The notes beneath the pieces are model-generated. The model ran no database searches, was not told where the DNA came from, and saw nothing but the letters and a program-made list of their open reading frames with translations. Position numbers and translations under genes: made by a program. DNA of 64,000 nucleotides. Origin: an uncultured Candidatus Saccharimonadales bacterium (GTDB lineage: Bacteria > Patescibacteriota > Saccharimonadia > UBA4664). The stretch's first letter is position 1. The number at the start of each line of letters is the position of its first letter. Shown one piece after another: positions 1-10,221 of this stretch. The stretch covers positions 220,697-284,696 of the forward strand of contig CAZSRA010000001.1 of the NCBI GenBank assembly GCA_964609585.1, in the 5' to 3' direction.

Positions 1-19
1 TAAGCAAGAGAGTTATCTT

Positions 20-340
20 ATGACTGTTGCGAAACTTTTAGAAGCTCAGGATATTGAGCATTTAGCGCTGCCATCAAATCTGCGGTACGGCGAAGCTATT
101 TTTAGGCGTGGAGGGGTGGAGATTATTACCTTTGAAGATCAGGTAATAGAGGCATGGATTGGTGGGTTGGATGGTACCGTGAGCGAAGGAACGGGACAGC
201 GCCGGCGAACGCAACTTAGGGCAACCCCTCGTGGTCTATCGTGGCAATGCGCGGGTAATCCTAAGAATCATCAAATATTTTGTAAACACTGCGTGGCGTT
301 GGCGCTCGCAATTAAGGAGAAAAATGGTTATGGCTCATAA
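20..340 (+). CDS. hypothetical protein with C-terminal SWIM-like zinc-finger motif (C..CxHC..ALALAI)
   Basis: Complete ORF. C-terminal segment WQCAGNPKNHQIFCKHCVALALAIK resembles the CxH half of SWIM fingers. Overlaps the next gene by about 17 nt. Confidence 0.35.
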   Translation: MTVAKLLEAQDIEHLALPSNLRYGEAIFRRGGVEIITFEDQVIEAWIGGLDGTVSEGTGQRRRTQLRATPRGLSWQCAGNPKNHQIFCKHCVALALAIKEKNGYGS

Positions 341-1031
341 TAGTGATCTCGGGGTATTTTTTATATCGGGGGCGGGCTTAGATGGCTCGATTTGGGATGA
401 GGTTGCCGCTGGCCTGGATCTGCCTTATGCGGTTGCAGATCATCGCGCGTCTCGGCAAGCCCAAACATCGTTAAAAGGGTATGTCGACGACGATGAACAG
501 CAGATTCTGGCTATGGCCGTGAGTAGAGTGGTGATTGTAAGTCATTCGATCGGTGGGGTCATTGGTGCCGAGCTTCTTAAACGACTTGGGACTCGAGCCC
601 GCGGTTTTGTTGGTATAAGCGCTGCGATTCCGGCACCGGGTCGGTCTTTTGTTTCAAGCCTACCTTTTCCGCAAAATGTTGTTACGGGTTTGATAATGAA
701 ACTTGCCGGGACAAAACCGCCAGAAGCTGTGATTCGAAAAAGTTTGGCAAGCGATTTGACTACTACTCAAGCAGATAAGATTGTGCAGGACTTTGCGCCC
801 GAGTCAGTGGCGCTATATACCGATAATTCATCATCTGAGGCTATTCCACAGGTGAAGGCGTTGTACGTCCAGACGACGAATGATAAACAATTTAGTGTGG
901 CGCAGCAGGTCAAGATGGCGGCTCGGCTGGACAATTGTGCTATCAAAACCGTGGTTTCGGGGCATCTTGCTATGATTTCGCATAGCGAGGAGGTATCTGC
1001 GATGCTTCGGGATTTTGTCGCTAGCCTGTAG
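324..1031 (+). CDS. alpha/beta-hydrolase fold protein
   Basis: GxSxG nucleophile elbow (VSHSIGG) with a downstream His. AAGGAG RBS 6 nt upstream of the ATG at 324; the longer ORF from 231 is probably not used. Confidence 0.6.
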   Translation: MVMAHNSDLGVFFISGAGLDGSIWDEVAAGLDLPYAVADHRASRQAQTSLKGYVDDDEQQILAMAVSRVVIVSHSIGGVIGAELLKRLGTRARGFVGISAAIPAPGRSFVSSLPFPQNVVTGLIMKLAGTKPPEAVIRKSLASDLTTTQADKIVQDFAPESVALYTDNSSSEAIPQVKALYVQTTNDKQFSVAQQVKMAARLDNCAIKTVVSGHLAMISHSEEVSAMLRDFVASL

Positions 1032-1043
1032 TGGGTTTTTAGC

Positions 1044-2366
1044 TTAATTAATAGTCGCGACAGCCTGAACAAACGCATCATAAGCCGGTTTGTGGCTGCC
1101 GTCGGCCCGAATGAGCCCAAAGAAGTTTTCATTGGTGTTTTGGCTTGTGCCGGCATCTTGGTAACTGTACCAAAAGACAGGTCCGAGCCAGGAGTAGGTG
1201 AGGTATTGGGCCGCAAGGTCGCTAACCGATTGGGATTGGAGGGCTTCGGTGACATGAGAAGCGGCTACATTGTAACTGTTGGTGGTGGCAGTGGGCCCAG
1301 GGCCACCGGTGGGGGCGCCATATTCGGTGATCCAAATTTGCTTGGCACCATCGCCATGAGATGCCATGAGGTTGTGTAGGGTGGTGAGTTGCCCCCAGGC
1401 ATTTGTGGAGCTGGGGTAGCTAGCGGTTACGGGAAAAGTGTAAGGATGGTCGCCAAGGGCATCGAATGACCCTCCCCCACTGTTTGCGTAGATGGCGGTA
1501 AGAAAATCTGGAGGCGATGTGGAGCCGCCGCCTGTGTCGGCTGGAGATAGGCCGCCGGTGAGTACCGTGGCGCTGGGATCGGATTGTTTGATGGCAGCGT
1601 AGGCGCTTTTTAGCATGGCGGTATAGGTGGCGGGGTCGGAGCCGGGTTGGAAATATTGAGCTGAGTTGGGCTCGTTCCAGATTTCCCAGGTGTGAACGCC
1701 GTAGCTTTTGTAGCGACTGGCGACCAGACCGGCGAACTGACCATAGGCGTTGGGGTCGGCTGGCTCGCAGGCGAAGCTACCGGCGCAGGCAGTGTTTCGG
1801 GCCCATGTGGGGGCATAATCGATGACGCCCACAGAACTAAGCCCGCGACTTGCTGCTGCCGAAACCACGCGGTCATAGGCCGACCAATCAAATTGACCTG
1901 GGCCTTGTTGCTCAATGTTCTCCCATTCAATATCGTAGCGGACCCAGCCAACGCCGAGAGCTTTTATGCCGTCAAGACGAGCGGCGAGGTCGGTTGGCGA
2001 CAATGCCGAAAGCGCACTGCCAGCAGCAATGCCGGTATGAATAGACCGACGAGCGACACGAACGACAGGGGCGGTAGTTGGTACGGCTGAAGCCGTGGGT
2101 TTGGCGGGTGCCGGCGCTTTGACGGTAGGTTTGGCAGTTGGCGTAGGACTTGGGCTGGGGCTAGGCGACGGTGTGTGCTTCAGGGAGGCGTTGGTGGCAA
2201 TAGGCGCACTAAGAGTGGTGGATGCTTTGGTCTGCGCGGATTGGTGTGTAGGTATAAGTTTGATGGCTGCAAAACAGCTACCCCCAACTCCGAATATAAC
2301 AATGATGCCTACGATAAGTTTGAGCTTGGAAATAGCAAACTTTGCAGGATGGTTTTTGGGCTGCAA
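1044..2366 (-). CDS. membrane-anchored glycoside hydrolase, GH5-like TIM barrel, with Pro/Thr/Ser-rich linker
   Basis: N-terminal TM helix, PSPSPSPTPTAKPT linker, catalytic NEP motif (WEIWNEPN) and nucleophile region (ITEYG). Confidence 0.65.
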   Translation of the reverse strand: MQPKNHPAKFAISKLKLIVGIIVIFGVGGSCFAAIKLIPTHQSAQTKASTTLSAPIATNASLKHTPSPSPSPSPTPTAKPTVKAPAPAKPTASAVPTTAPVVRVARRSIHTGIAAGSALSALSPTDLAARLDGIKALGVGWVRYDIEWENIEQQGPGQFDWSAYDRVVSAAASRGLSSVGVIDYAPTWARNTACAGSFACEPADPNAYGQFAGLVASRYKSYGVHTWEIWNEPNSAQYFQPGSDPATYTAMLKSAYAAIKQSDPSATVLTGGLSPADTGGGSTSPPDFLTAIYANSGGGSFDALGDHPYTFPVTASYPSSTNAWGQLTTLHNLMASHGDGAKQIWITEYGAPTGGPGPTATTNSYNVAASHVTEALQSQSVSDLAAQYLTYSWLGPVFWYSYQDAGTSQNTNENFFGLIRADGSHKPAYDAFVQAVATIN

Positions 2367-2443
2367 CAGAATAAACCCCCTCCTTGCCCCTATTGTATCG
2401 GCTTAGCGACAGATTGGCAAAATGGTTGAGGTTGGTCCTAAAG

Positions 2444-3550
2444 CTATTTTGTGCTAATTGCTCGAACAAAAGTGTCGTAGGCTGGTTTGTGACTTCCGTC
2501 TGTACGGACGAGGCCATAAAAGTTTTCGGTAGTATCGGTGGTGGTGCCGGCGTCGATGTAGTCATACCAGGAAAATAATCCCGCCCAAGGGTAGGTACGA
2601 AACAGAGTGATGGCATCCGTGGCCATTTGAGCTTGAAATGCTTCGCTTACAAATCCGTCGGACTTGGCCGGGGGTCCGCTTGTAGGTGCACCAAATTCGG
2701 TGGCCCAAATTTGTTTGGCGCCGTCGCCACGTGCGGCCATGAGATTATGCTCGGCTTGGAGTTGTCCCCAGGCGTCGGTTGGCTTGGATTCGGCAGGACT
2801 AATGGGCGTAGTGTAGGGGTGGGAAGACAGGGCATCAAAATAGCCTGCAGCGCCGTTTGCATAGAGCTGTTTTAGGAAGTCGATGGGTGCATAGTCGGAA
2901 CCGTTGGTAGCTCCCGGCGATAGCGAGCCGGCTAGCACGGTGGCATGGGGGTCGACGCGCTTAATGGCGACATAGGCGTCTTTGAGCATGCGAGTATACA
3001 GCGCAGGGCTCACCGCTGGATTAAACCGCTGCAGGATATTAGGCTCGTTCCAGATTTCCCAGGCTTCTACACCGTATGGTTGGTAATGCGTCGCGGCAGC
3101 TGAGGCAAATCGTGCATAGGCTGCGGCGCTTGCGGGCTGGCAGATTTGATCGGAGCTGCAGCCTGGAGCCTGAGCCCAGGTGGGGGCGAAATCTATGATC
3201 ATGAGCACTTTAAAGCCATGGGCCGTGGCTGCTTTGGTGATCGTGTCGTAGGTAGACCAATCATATGACTTCGAGGAATCTGGCTGCACTAATGCCCAGC
3301 TGAGGTCGTAGCGCACCCAGGTTACGCCAGTTGCTTTCATATCGTTGAGTCGTTTGTCTAAATCTGCTGGTGACAATCCCGTGAGGAGTGTGGAAAAACC
3401 ATAACCGGTGATAGGCGTCACGGCTGGATATTTAGTACCAATCGACAAGTAAGCAAGATCTGGGTTGACCTTGAGCGCCGTGATACAGGTAGCAGCAATG
3501 AGCGCCGCACCAACAACAATTACCAAACTGACTTTTTGCCATTTTTTCAC
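2444..3550 (-). CDS. glycoside hydrolase, GH5-like (tandem paralog of 1044..2366)
   Basis: Same architecture and motifs (VTWVRYDLSW, WEIWNEPN, WATEFG); signal anchor at the N-terminus. Confidence 0.65.
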   Translation of the reverse strand: MKKWQKVSLVIVVGAALIAATCITALKVNPDLAYLSIGTKYPAVTPITGYGFSTLLTGLSPADLDKRLNDMKATGVTWVRYDLSWALVQPDSSKSYDWSTYDTITKAATAHGFKVLMIIDFAPTWAQAPGCSSDQICQPASAAAYARFASAAATHYQPYGVEAWEIWNEPNILQRFNPAVSPALYTRMLKDAYVAIKRVDPHATVLAGSLSPGATNGSDYAPIDFLKQLYANGAAGYFDALSSHPYTTPISPAESKPTDAWGQLQAEHNLMAARGDGAKQIWATEFGAPTSGPPAKSDGFVSEAFQAQMATDAITLFRTYPWAGLFSWYDYIDAGTTTDTTENFYGLVRTDGSHKPAYDTFVRAISTK

Positions 3551-3579
3551 AGTTTGCGCTGCCTTTCTGTTGCGAGCTT

Positions 3580-4527
3580 CTATGTAATTATCGCATACAT
3601 TAGCGCGGCAATGATGAGACCAAGCTGAATTAGGCCGTAGGTTAGGAGTCGTCGTTTTTCATGTACGACCCGGGCTAGATAGCGATTGTCCAAAAAACCG
3701 AGGGGTAGAATGTAGGTAAGAAGGTTGGTGAGAGCTATGGTGGAGAAGTAGATGAGGAGATAGCCACCAAATAGCCAACCATTGATTGTTAGTCTGGAGA
3801 AAATTATACCGACAACTAGAGCGACTAGCGTCCAGTAGGCGGCGTAGAGCCAATACCGTGCGTGACCACGCCGTCCTAGCCGGTCGCGCAAGTAGCCTTT
3901 GTAGGCGTAGTCGAAGGTAAAACCTAGCGGATAGGCGCACAATGATCCGACTAGCATCATTTGTAGCTCGGGCTTATGTAGAGCAAGCAGCATGAAGGCA
4001 AAGGGTGAGCAAAATTTTGCAAATCGTTCAATGAACACCGTAATGACTTTGCCTCGTCCGGCGTGGGAGTGCATGGCTGACAAGACTGCGAGCAAGACGC
4101 TATAACCCAGCAAGCTCAGGAACAAGCGATGCCAGATGAGACTGATTCCGATCATGAGCACCAGATATGATGCGGCTAGATAATAAAGGTATCCATTTCC
4201 TAGTACGTGGCGGGCGGTTTGTTTGGGTATTTTAAGCAGGCTATCTTTGCGGCGGTCAATAATGTCATTAACGATATAAATTATGTTGTAGAAATAGGCA
4301 GAGATAAGAGTAATTACTACTGGAGCAATGTAGGCGCGGAGGCGTGTCTCGCCCTGAAGCATGAGAATTACGAGATAGGGGCTCATGCTGCCAAGAGCCA
4401 GCATGAGGTTTACTGGAAAGGTAGTGTTGTAGGCAACCGCGAAGTAGCCGCGCCGAAAGAATGCGGCAAAGCGGTTGTTGGTTTCAGCAAAGGAGAGAGT
4501 GCCAATGAGGCTATTGAGAATGTTCAT
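3580..4527 (-). CDS. UbiA-family polyprenyl transferase (decaprenyl-phosphate phosphoribosyl/glycosyl-carrier type)
   Basis: Multi-TM protein with the NDxxDxxxD motif (YIVNDIIDRRKD). Start chosen at MNILNSL (ATG 4527), which forms an ATGA overlap with the upstream flippase stop; GGAG RBS. Confidence 0.6.
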   Translation of the reverse strand: MNILNSLIGTLSFAETNNRFAAFFRRGYFAVAYNTTFPVNLMLALGSMSPYLVILMLQGETRLRAYIAPVVITLISAYFYNIIYIVNDIIDRRKDSLLKIPKQTARHVLGNGYLYYLAASYLVLMIGISLIWHRLFLSLLGYSVLLAVLSAMHSHAGRGKVITVFIERFAKFCSPFAFMLLALHKPELQMMLVGSLCAYPLGFTFDYAYKGYLRDRLGRRGHARYWLYAAYWTLVALVVGIIFSRLTINGWLFGGYLLIYFSTIALTNLLTYILPLGFLDNRYLARVVHEKRRLLTYGLIQLGLIIAALMYAIIT

Positions 4528-5873
4528 AATGATACTCCGGTTTGGCCCGTGGCTTTGGACGCCTGCGTCGGAGCTGGCAGTGATGCTTCTTGGCGCAAGA
4601 TGGGTAATACGATGACGCCGAGCATGATGGCCATAATCCCCTGTCCAACTAGCCATGCTAGCGCTACGCCGTTGACGCCTAACCATTTCATGAGCGGCCA
4701 AGCGGTGACCAACATGGCTAAGGTACCGAGGATTTCAATGGTGATGAGTGCTTGCAGGCGATGGCGGACCTTCAAGGCAATGGTGGCGATGGAATTGAAG
4801 CCAAGGGCTATGGCTGAGAGCGCCATAAGTTCAAGCGGGCCATAGCTGCCCGTCACATATTGGGCGCCAAAAACGCGGAGCAGATGGTGGCCGAGGAGGA
4901 TCATTCCGACAACAGCGGGTATGAGTAGTAAGGTGGTTTGTCGAATGGTGCGGGTATATTGACGACCAAAGGCGGCGCTGCTTTTAGAGCCTTCGGCAAA
5001 GAGTGAGTTGGCCGAGGCGCGTGGAATGATAAAGAGAAGGGCTGAGATGGTCATGGCTAAGTTGAAATAAGCCGCGGCGGTGGGCCCGAGCGCATTTGTA
5101 GCCATAATGGGCAAGACCATCGCGGGCACAGCACCGGCTAAATTGGCTAAGTACGTGCCAGCTGAAAATGTCCGGACCTCGCGAATTGTGGGTTGATGCA
5201 AGACGGGCTTGAAGAAGTAACCGAAGCGTTTGCCTAGAGCGATGAGGCTAATGATGGTGGCGACGGTTACGGAGACGGCATACCCTGCGAAAATACCGAA
5301 AGCCCCGAATGAGACCAGCACTACCGGAAGAGCAACTTTGAATATACTCAAACCAGTATCGGCAATTAAGATATATTTGGCCGACTGCCAGGCGATAAAG
5401 ACGCTGTCTGTGAGGGTATTTATGGTAACGAGCAGCATGGTTACGACAAAAAAGAATGATCGCCAAGGGGTACCCAAAATGGTATGTAGGCTGGGTGAAA
5501 TTATGGGTAGGGCGAGCAAGAAGGCAACGGATAGTACTACTGAGGCTAAGCTTGTAAAAATGAGGCTCGTATCGATGACTTGATCGGGTTTTTTGGAGCC
5601 CTGGAGATAGCGTACGAGCACGTTGTCGAAACCTAGAAGCGAAAATAGCGACAAGGTAGTGGCTGAGCTGATGAGAGTGGATGACAAGCCAATTTGTTCA
5701 GCGGTATACATGCGGGCACTAATGAGCCAGAACACGAACCCAAATACGGCCATAACAGCTGTGCTTGCCATGAGATAGAGGGAGTTTTGAAACACGCGGT
5801 CGCGCGTTACTGCCTTGGATGCCTGGCGAAGTGTTCGGAGATAATTAATCTTGGTAGTGGCGTAATTTTTCAT
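4524..5873 (-). CDS. polysaccharide biosynthesis protein / Wzx-type flippase (MOP superfamily)
   Basis: About 12 predicted TM helices with a typical Wzx/RfbX-like N-terminal region. Confidence 0.6.
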   Translation of the reverse strand: MKNYATTKINYLRTLRQASKAVTRDRVFQNSLYLMASTAVMAVFGFVFWLISARMYTAEQIGLSSTLISSATTLSLFSLLGFDNVLVRYLQGSKKPDQVIDTSLIFTSLASVVLSVAFLLALPIISPSLHTILGTPWRSFFFVVTMLLVTINTLTDSVFIAWQSAKYILIADTGLSIFKVALPVVLVSFGAFGIFAGYAVSVTVATIISLIALGKRFGYFFKPVLHQPTIREVRTFSAGTYLANLAGAVPAMVLPIMATNALGPTAAAYFNLAMTISALLFIIPRASANSLFAEGSKSSAAFGRQYTRTIRQTTLLLIPAVVGMILLGHHLLRVFGAQYVTGSYGPLELMALSAIALGFNSIATIALKVRHRLQALITIEILGTLAMLVTAWPLMKWLGVNGVALAWLVGQGIMAIMLGVIVLPILRQEASLPAPTQASKATGQTGVSL

Positions 5874-5882
5874 GACGATGCT

Positions 5883-8150
5883 TTAATGATAGACCCGTGT
5901 ATGGTTAGTGCTATAAATCAAGTTTTTGTTGTTATCTAGGAAGCTGGTAGGGTATTTGTAGAATAGTTGCACGCCGTGGTAGTACAAGCCAACCATATCT
6001 TCGGTAACATTGGCGCCAGCTAGGACAACGTAGGATTTTTTACTGATTTCACTGGGCGTAAGTCCGTCAACGGTAGTGATGCCGGCGTTGGACATGATTT
6101 TCATGCGGGCAAAGGTATCGGAGTTGATAGGATAGCCGGCGGGGTAGTTGGTTTTGAGCCAGGTGGCTAGGCCGATATCTTGGCTATCGGTATAGTAGGC
6201 GTCGTAGTAAAAGCCACTGTTGCTCAGCGGCAATTGGCCGACGCTGGCGCCGAACAGGGTGGGCGTGAAGCCGCTAATCACGAGAAAGCTAAGAGCGGCG
6301 GCGGTGGTAACGAGCGCTAGACGCAATTGAGCCGAGCGGACTTTAAGCCATTTGAGGATCTGGACACCGGTGAGTACGATGGGGAGCGCAAGAAACATGA
6401 GATCTTGTTGGAGCATGCGGAAGAGGCCGTAGTCGATGACGGGCAAGACGGTTTGGATGGCGAGTAACGCGATCCCAGCTGGGGCTAACACGATAAAATC
6501 GGCGTTTAGGCGCAGTCGTTTGCGCCAGAGAAAGCCCAGAGCTGCACCGACGATAATGGCAATTTGGAGTCCGATAGCATAGGTTTGTTTTGCCGTTAGA
6601 TTAAGAACGCGGGCTGAAATTCCTACTTTGCCAAGCCACTGGCCGAGCGGGGTAAGGGGCGTGAGTGGCTCAGCAATTTCCTGCAAATGGTAGTTTGTGC
6701 TGCTAGGGTAGAAGCCTCCGGCGGCGTTGGCGACTGGAGTTGCTAGGTTGTGATGGTCGGTAGTGTAAAAATCGAGCCATTGTTGGAGAGTGGGATTGGT
6801 GGTCTTAAACAAGGTGTAGGATGAGCTGTCGTTGCTGGTCTTTGGGTGAAGTAAGCTGGGCAAGCTGGTGGCAATTTTCGATAACTGCGCGGTAATATTG
6901 TTGCCCGTTTTGGTGTAAAGTCCTGTCCACGCGAAGGCTGAGAGGCCGACAATGAGGATAAAGCTTAGAGTTAGGGTTAGTGGCTCTTTGGGTTGGTGCC
7001 GCAAACGGGACACGAGGCGCATAATTCGTGTGAGCACGTAGGCAATGCCGAGTAGTGCGATCATGACAAAGGTGGTTGAATAATGTGATAGCACGACACC
7101 TAGTCCAAACAGGACCATTAAGATGTGTTTGGCGCGGATCGAGATACGGTCATTAAACATGACGAGCAGCAGTATTACAAAAAAGTTGAATGCGACTTCT
7201 TGGCGTGTCAGCATGGGCATATCGGTTACAAAGGTCGGGAAGGTAATAAATATGAAGGCGGTGACAAAACTAACAGCTGTGGAGGCGTAGCGCCGACTTA
7301 AACCAAGTACGCCGACGCCGCAAAGCGCAAAGAAGATTTGATAAACGATTTTGTAGAGCGCAATGGCATCAATGCCGCTGAGTGATTTTAAGACGGTGGG
7401 CAAAATGGTGATGCTCAGGCAAGCATTGTAGGCGTCGTGGAAGTTGGCCATGGTCCAGTGTTTGCTGGCGTCGGTGAGGCGAAATACGTAATATTCAAGC
7501 TGAACATCGTGTCCCGTGATGAACATTCCCCGTAATGAGGTGGACCAAAGAAGAGCGAGGCCCATGCAAAAGATGGTCCAAGCCCACAACCACGGGGCTA
7601 CCCGGCGTCGATAGACTACAAGGCCAACAGCGCTTGCGGCGATTAGTCCATAGGCGATCATGGTAAAGAGGTTCGAACCGTTATTGTTGAGACTCATGGC
7701 ACCAAGAACGCTAAAAGCTGGGATAGCTAAGAAGGTTGCACCAAGACCCAGGGTTTTGGCCGATAATTTTGGCATCGACCAAGTACTGTGCTGGCGGTGG
7801 TTGCGTAGCCAAGCAGCGCCGAGCAACCCAAGCATTAACCCGGCGGTCCAAGGTACCTGGACAGAAGCAGCGAGGGGATGACGGTTGCCGAGTGCCCAGA
7901 ATAACTCGTTTGACACGAGGCCTGAAATCATGAGCGTCAGGACGCTTAAGGCCGAGCTGTAGAGGATTTGCTCAAGCAGGGTTAGGCGGGTGGCACGAAT
8001 AAACAGAAGGATGGACAAGCCGGGCAGGATTAACACGCCGGCTAGAGCCAATAAACTGGCGGCTGGAATGAAACTTTGAATTAGCGTAGCCAGAATAGTA
8101 GCTATGGTGATGCCGAATAGGCCAAGGTAGAGTTGGTTCGTGCGTTTCAT
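5883..8150 (-). CDS. large polytopic membrane protein, putative GT-C-type glycosyltransferase/polymerase
   Basis: 755 aa with more than 15 TM helices and a C-terminal soluble domain, embedded in the polysaccharide locus. No diagnostic motif recognised. Confidence 0.35.
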   Translation of the reverse strand: MKRTNQLYLGLFGITIATILATLIQSFIPAASLLALAGVLILPGLSILLFIRATRLTLLEQILYSSALSVLTLMISGLVSNELFWALGNRHPLAASVQVPWTAGLMLGLLGAAWLRNHRQHSTWSMPKLSAKTLGLGATFLAIPAFSVLGAMSLNNNGSNLFTMIAYGLIAASAVGLVVYRRRVAPWLWAWTIFCMGLALLWSTSLRGMFITGHDVQLEYYVFRLTDASKHWTMANFHDAYNACLSITILPTVLKSLSGIDAIALYKIVYQIFFALCGVGVLGLSRRYASTAVSFVTAFIFITFPTFVTDMPMLTRQEVAFNFFVILLLVMFNDRISIRAKHILMVLFGLGVVLSHYSTTFVMIALLGIAYVLTRIMRLVSRLRHQPKEPLTLTLSFILIVGLSAFAWTGLYTKTGNNITAQLSKIATSLPSLLHPKTSNDSSSYTLFKTTNPTLQQWLDFYTTDHHNLATPVANAAGGFYPSSTNYHLQEIAEPLTPLTPLGQWLGKVGISARVLNLTAKQTYAIGLQIAIIVGAALGFLWRKRLRLNADFIVLAPAGIALLAIQTVLPVIDYGLFRMLQQDLMFLALPIVLTGVQILKWLKVRSAQLRLALVTTAAALSFLVISGFTPTLFGASVGQLPLSNSGFYYDAYYTDSQDIGLATWLKTNYPAGYPINSDTFARMKIMSNAGITTVDGLTPSEISKKSYVVLAGANVTEDMVGLYYHGVQLFYKYPTSFLDNNKNLIYSTNHTRVYH

Positions 8151-9061
8151 GAGACGCTCCCATCAAGACCGGGGCGGAAATAGGTAATGTCGGGTTGTGA
8201 GTCTAGGTATCGCAAGATCTGCTCTAGTATATCAAGCCGATCGGCTGTACCGGTAATCCAGTCGTGGCAGTTGAGATTAAAGTAGGCGCCTGATTGCTGG
8301 TAGCAATGTTTGAGCACGGTGGTGGCATAGGTGGTCCAAGTAGGACCACTGGCTGTTTCGGGTTTGGGGAAATCTACGAGGTCGCAGTCGAGCGGTGAGT
8401 AAAGTGGGTATTCGAGTAGGCCTTCAGGTTGCATGTAGGGGCGACGTTCGCCCATGAGCCAGCCTAGGTTTGAGGCGAAACGGCTGACTAGTGAGCTTTT
8501 GCCCGTAAAGATATTGGTGGTGAGAAAATGCCAATTTAGAGCCAGGAGGAGGGCTTTTTGGACAGCGCGCGACTTTATGAGACCGATCAAGAATGGCAGT
8601 CGGTCGGGGCGGGCAAGCTCATCGGGCCAGCGGATTTCGCGGTTGCTCACCCAAGTAAAGCCAACGCGGGCTAATGCCTGATACACGGCTGGGTCGTAGA
8701 ATTTTGGTCCCATTAAATAGGGCGCCCGAAATCCCTTGGGGCGGTAGCCCACAAGGGTGTTTAGGAGGCTTGCGGTGGCGTCTAACTCCGTCGATAGAGT
8801 ATGGATTTGGCTAGCATTGAGGTCGTGCATATGTTCATGGCGGTAACCGTGAAAGCCCAGTTCGTGGCCGCGAGTGGCAATTTTTTTAAGGAGTTCGGGA
8901 TACTCTTCAACGAGTTTTCCGGTTACAAAGAAGACGGCTTTGGCGTCGTGTTTATCTAGTACGGTTAAAAGTTGATTCGTGGTGGCAACGAGATCATATT
9001 GCGCCTCATGTGGCATACCCCAGGCGCCCTCGAAGTCGAAGGTAATTGTTATGCGTTTCAC
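8147..9061 (-). CDS. polysaccharide deacetylase (CE4/NodB homology)
   Basis: FFVTGK...RGHELGFHGYRHEHM is characteristic of the NodB domain. ATGA overlap with the upstream gene. Confidence 0.7.
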   Translation of the reverse strand: MKRITITFDFEGAWGMPHEAQYDLVATTNQLLTVLDKHDAKAVFFVTGKLVEEYPELLKKIATRGHELGFHGYRHEHMHDLNASQIHTLSTELDATASLLNTLVGYRPKGFRAPYLMGPKFYDPAVYQALARVGFTWVSNREIRWPDELARPDRLPFLIGLIKSRAVQKALLLALNWHFLTTNIFTGKSSLVSRFASNLGWLMGERRPYMQPEGLLEYPLYSPLDCDLVDFPKPETASGPTWTTYATTVLKHCYQQSGAYFNLNCHDWITGTADRLDILEQILRYLDSQPDITYFRPGLDGSVS

Positions 9062-10221
9062 TGGTTACCTCCAGCTGCCATTATAGCTTCCAGAATAGGC
9101 TTGGCGCCGACGCGGCTATCGGTAATGTCGGCTCGCGGGATGCGGGCGGCGGCTGTCATTTGTCGCATACGGTTTTTATCGCCAAGCATTTGGTCGAGTG
9201 CCGAGATGAGCGAGGCTTCGTCTCGAGGGGGTATTACTATGCCGCTCTTGCCGTCGGCGAGCAATTCTGCGGCTCCCGCGGCGCTGGTAGTGATGACGGG
9301 TGTGCCATAGTAGAGCGATTCGTTGACCACAAAGGCCCAACAATCAGCTAGGGTTGGCAGTACGAGAACATCGGCCCAGTGGATGAGGTTGGCGCGGTCA
9401 ACGCCGTCTTGATAACCGTAGAAATCAATGCGAGGATGACCAGCAGCTAAGTTTCGGAGGCTTTGTTCTTCTGGGCCGGTGCCGACGATGGCAAGATGGG
9501 CCTCGGGATCATCTAATTTCCCAAACGCTTTGATCAAAATATCAATGCCTTTCATGGGATTAAGGTAACCCAAATATAGTACCAGCTTCTTATTGGCGTA
9601 GGGGCTGGTAACTTTATCGGCGTTGGGGTCGTCGAGCAACTCTTTGGGCATCACTTGAATGCCGGTATGGATTTTGTCGGCTGCCACGCCCTCGCCGAGT
9701 AAGAATGACTCCGCGAGGCTGCTGAGTGCCACAAATCGATTGGGCAAACCCAAGAGTAGTCGGCGGTAGCTGGTAATGAGTTTGGTGAGCGCTGTTTGTA
9801 CCAGCTGATGGTGAGATCTGGGCGATACAGCTAAGCGCTGAAAATAGATAACCTCGTGGTCGATAGTTTCCGACCACAACACCACTGGTTTACGGCGAAT
9901 TTTGGCTGCCATGATAGTGACGAAGGTGGCAAAAGCCATTTCTGGGAAGTCCCCTACTAGATAAACATCGTAGTGTTCTTTGACTAGGCGCCATAGCAAC
10001 GAAGGATTGATGAAAAATGGTCCAATTCGAAAATCACCCAAAACATGTGCGGTGAAGGTGTATCCGCGTAGGCTTGCATTCCATTTGCGGTCGGCAGTCT
10101 TGGCTTTGCAAAAGTAAACCTTGAGGTCAACATGGTGGCTGATTTCTTCGAATACGGGCAGGCGATAGGGCGCGACCACATTGTGAAGCAGTAGAACTTT
10201 GAGGTTTGGTTTTTTAGCCAT
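9058..10221 (-). CDS. glycosyltransferase family 4
   Basis: GT-B fold with the C-terminal EX7E-like region. Start at MAKKPNLKV (ATG 10221) overlaps the upstream stop by 8 bp (ATGGCTAA). Confidence 0.7.
   Translation of the reverse strand: MAKKPNLKVLLLHNVVAPYRLPVFEEISHHVDLKVYFCKAKTADRKWNASLRGYTFTAHVLGDFRIGPFFINPSLLWRLVKEHYDVYLVGDFPEMAFATFVTIMAAKIRRKPVVLWSETIDHEVIYFQRLAVSPRSHHQLVQTALTKLITSYRRLLLGLPNRFVALSSLAESFLLGEGVAADKIHTGIQVMPKELLDDPNADKVTSPYANKKLVLYLGYLNPMKGIDILIKAFGKLDDPEAHLAIVGTGPEEQSLRNLAAGHPRIDFYGYQDGVDRANLIHWADVLVLPTLADCWAFVVNESLYYGTPVITTSAAGAAELLADGKSGIVIPPRDEASLISALDQMLGDKNRMRQMTAAARIPRADITDSRVGAKPILEAIMAAGGNQ

Noticed and set aside
2100-2200. Short GC-rich repeats (ggcttgggctggggctaggcgacgg and similar) as candidate repeat elements
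   Set aside because: They encode the Pro/Thr/Ser linker of the GH5-like protein, so they are coding low-complexity sequence rather than a repeat element.
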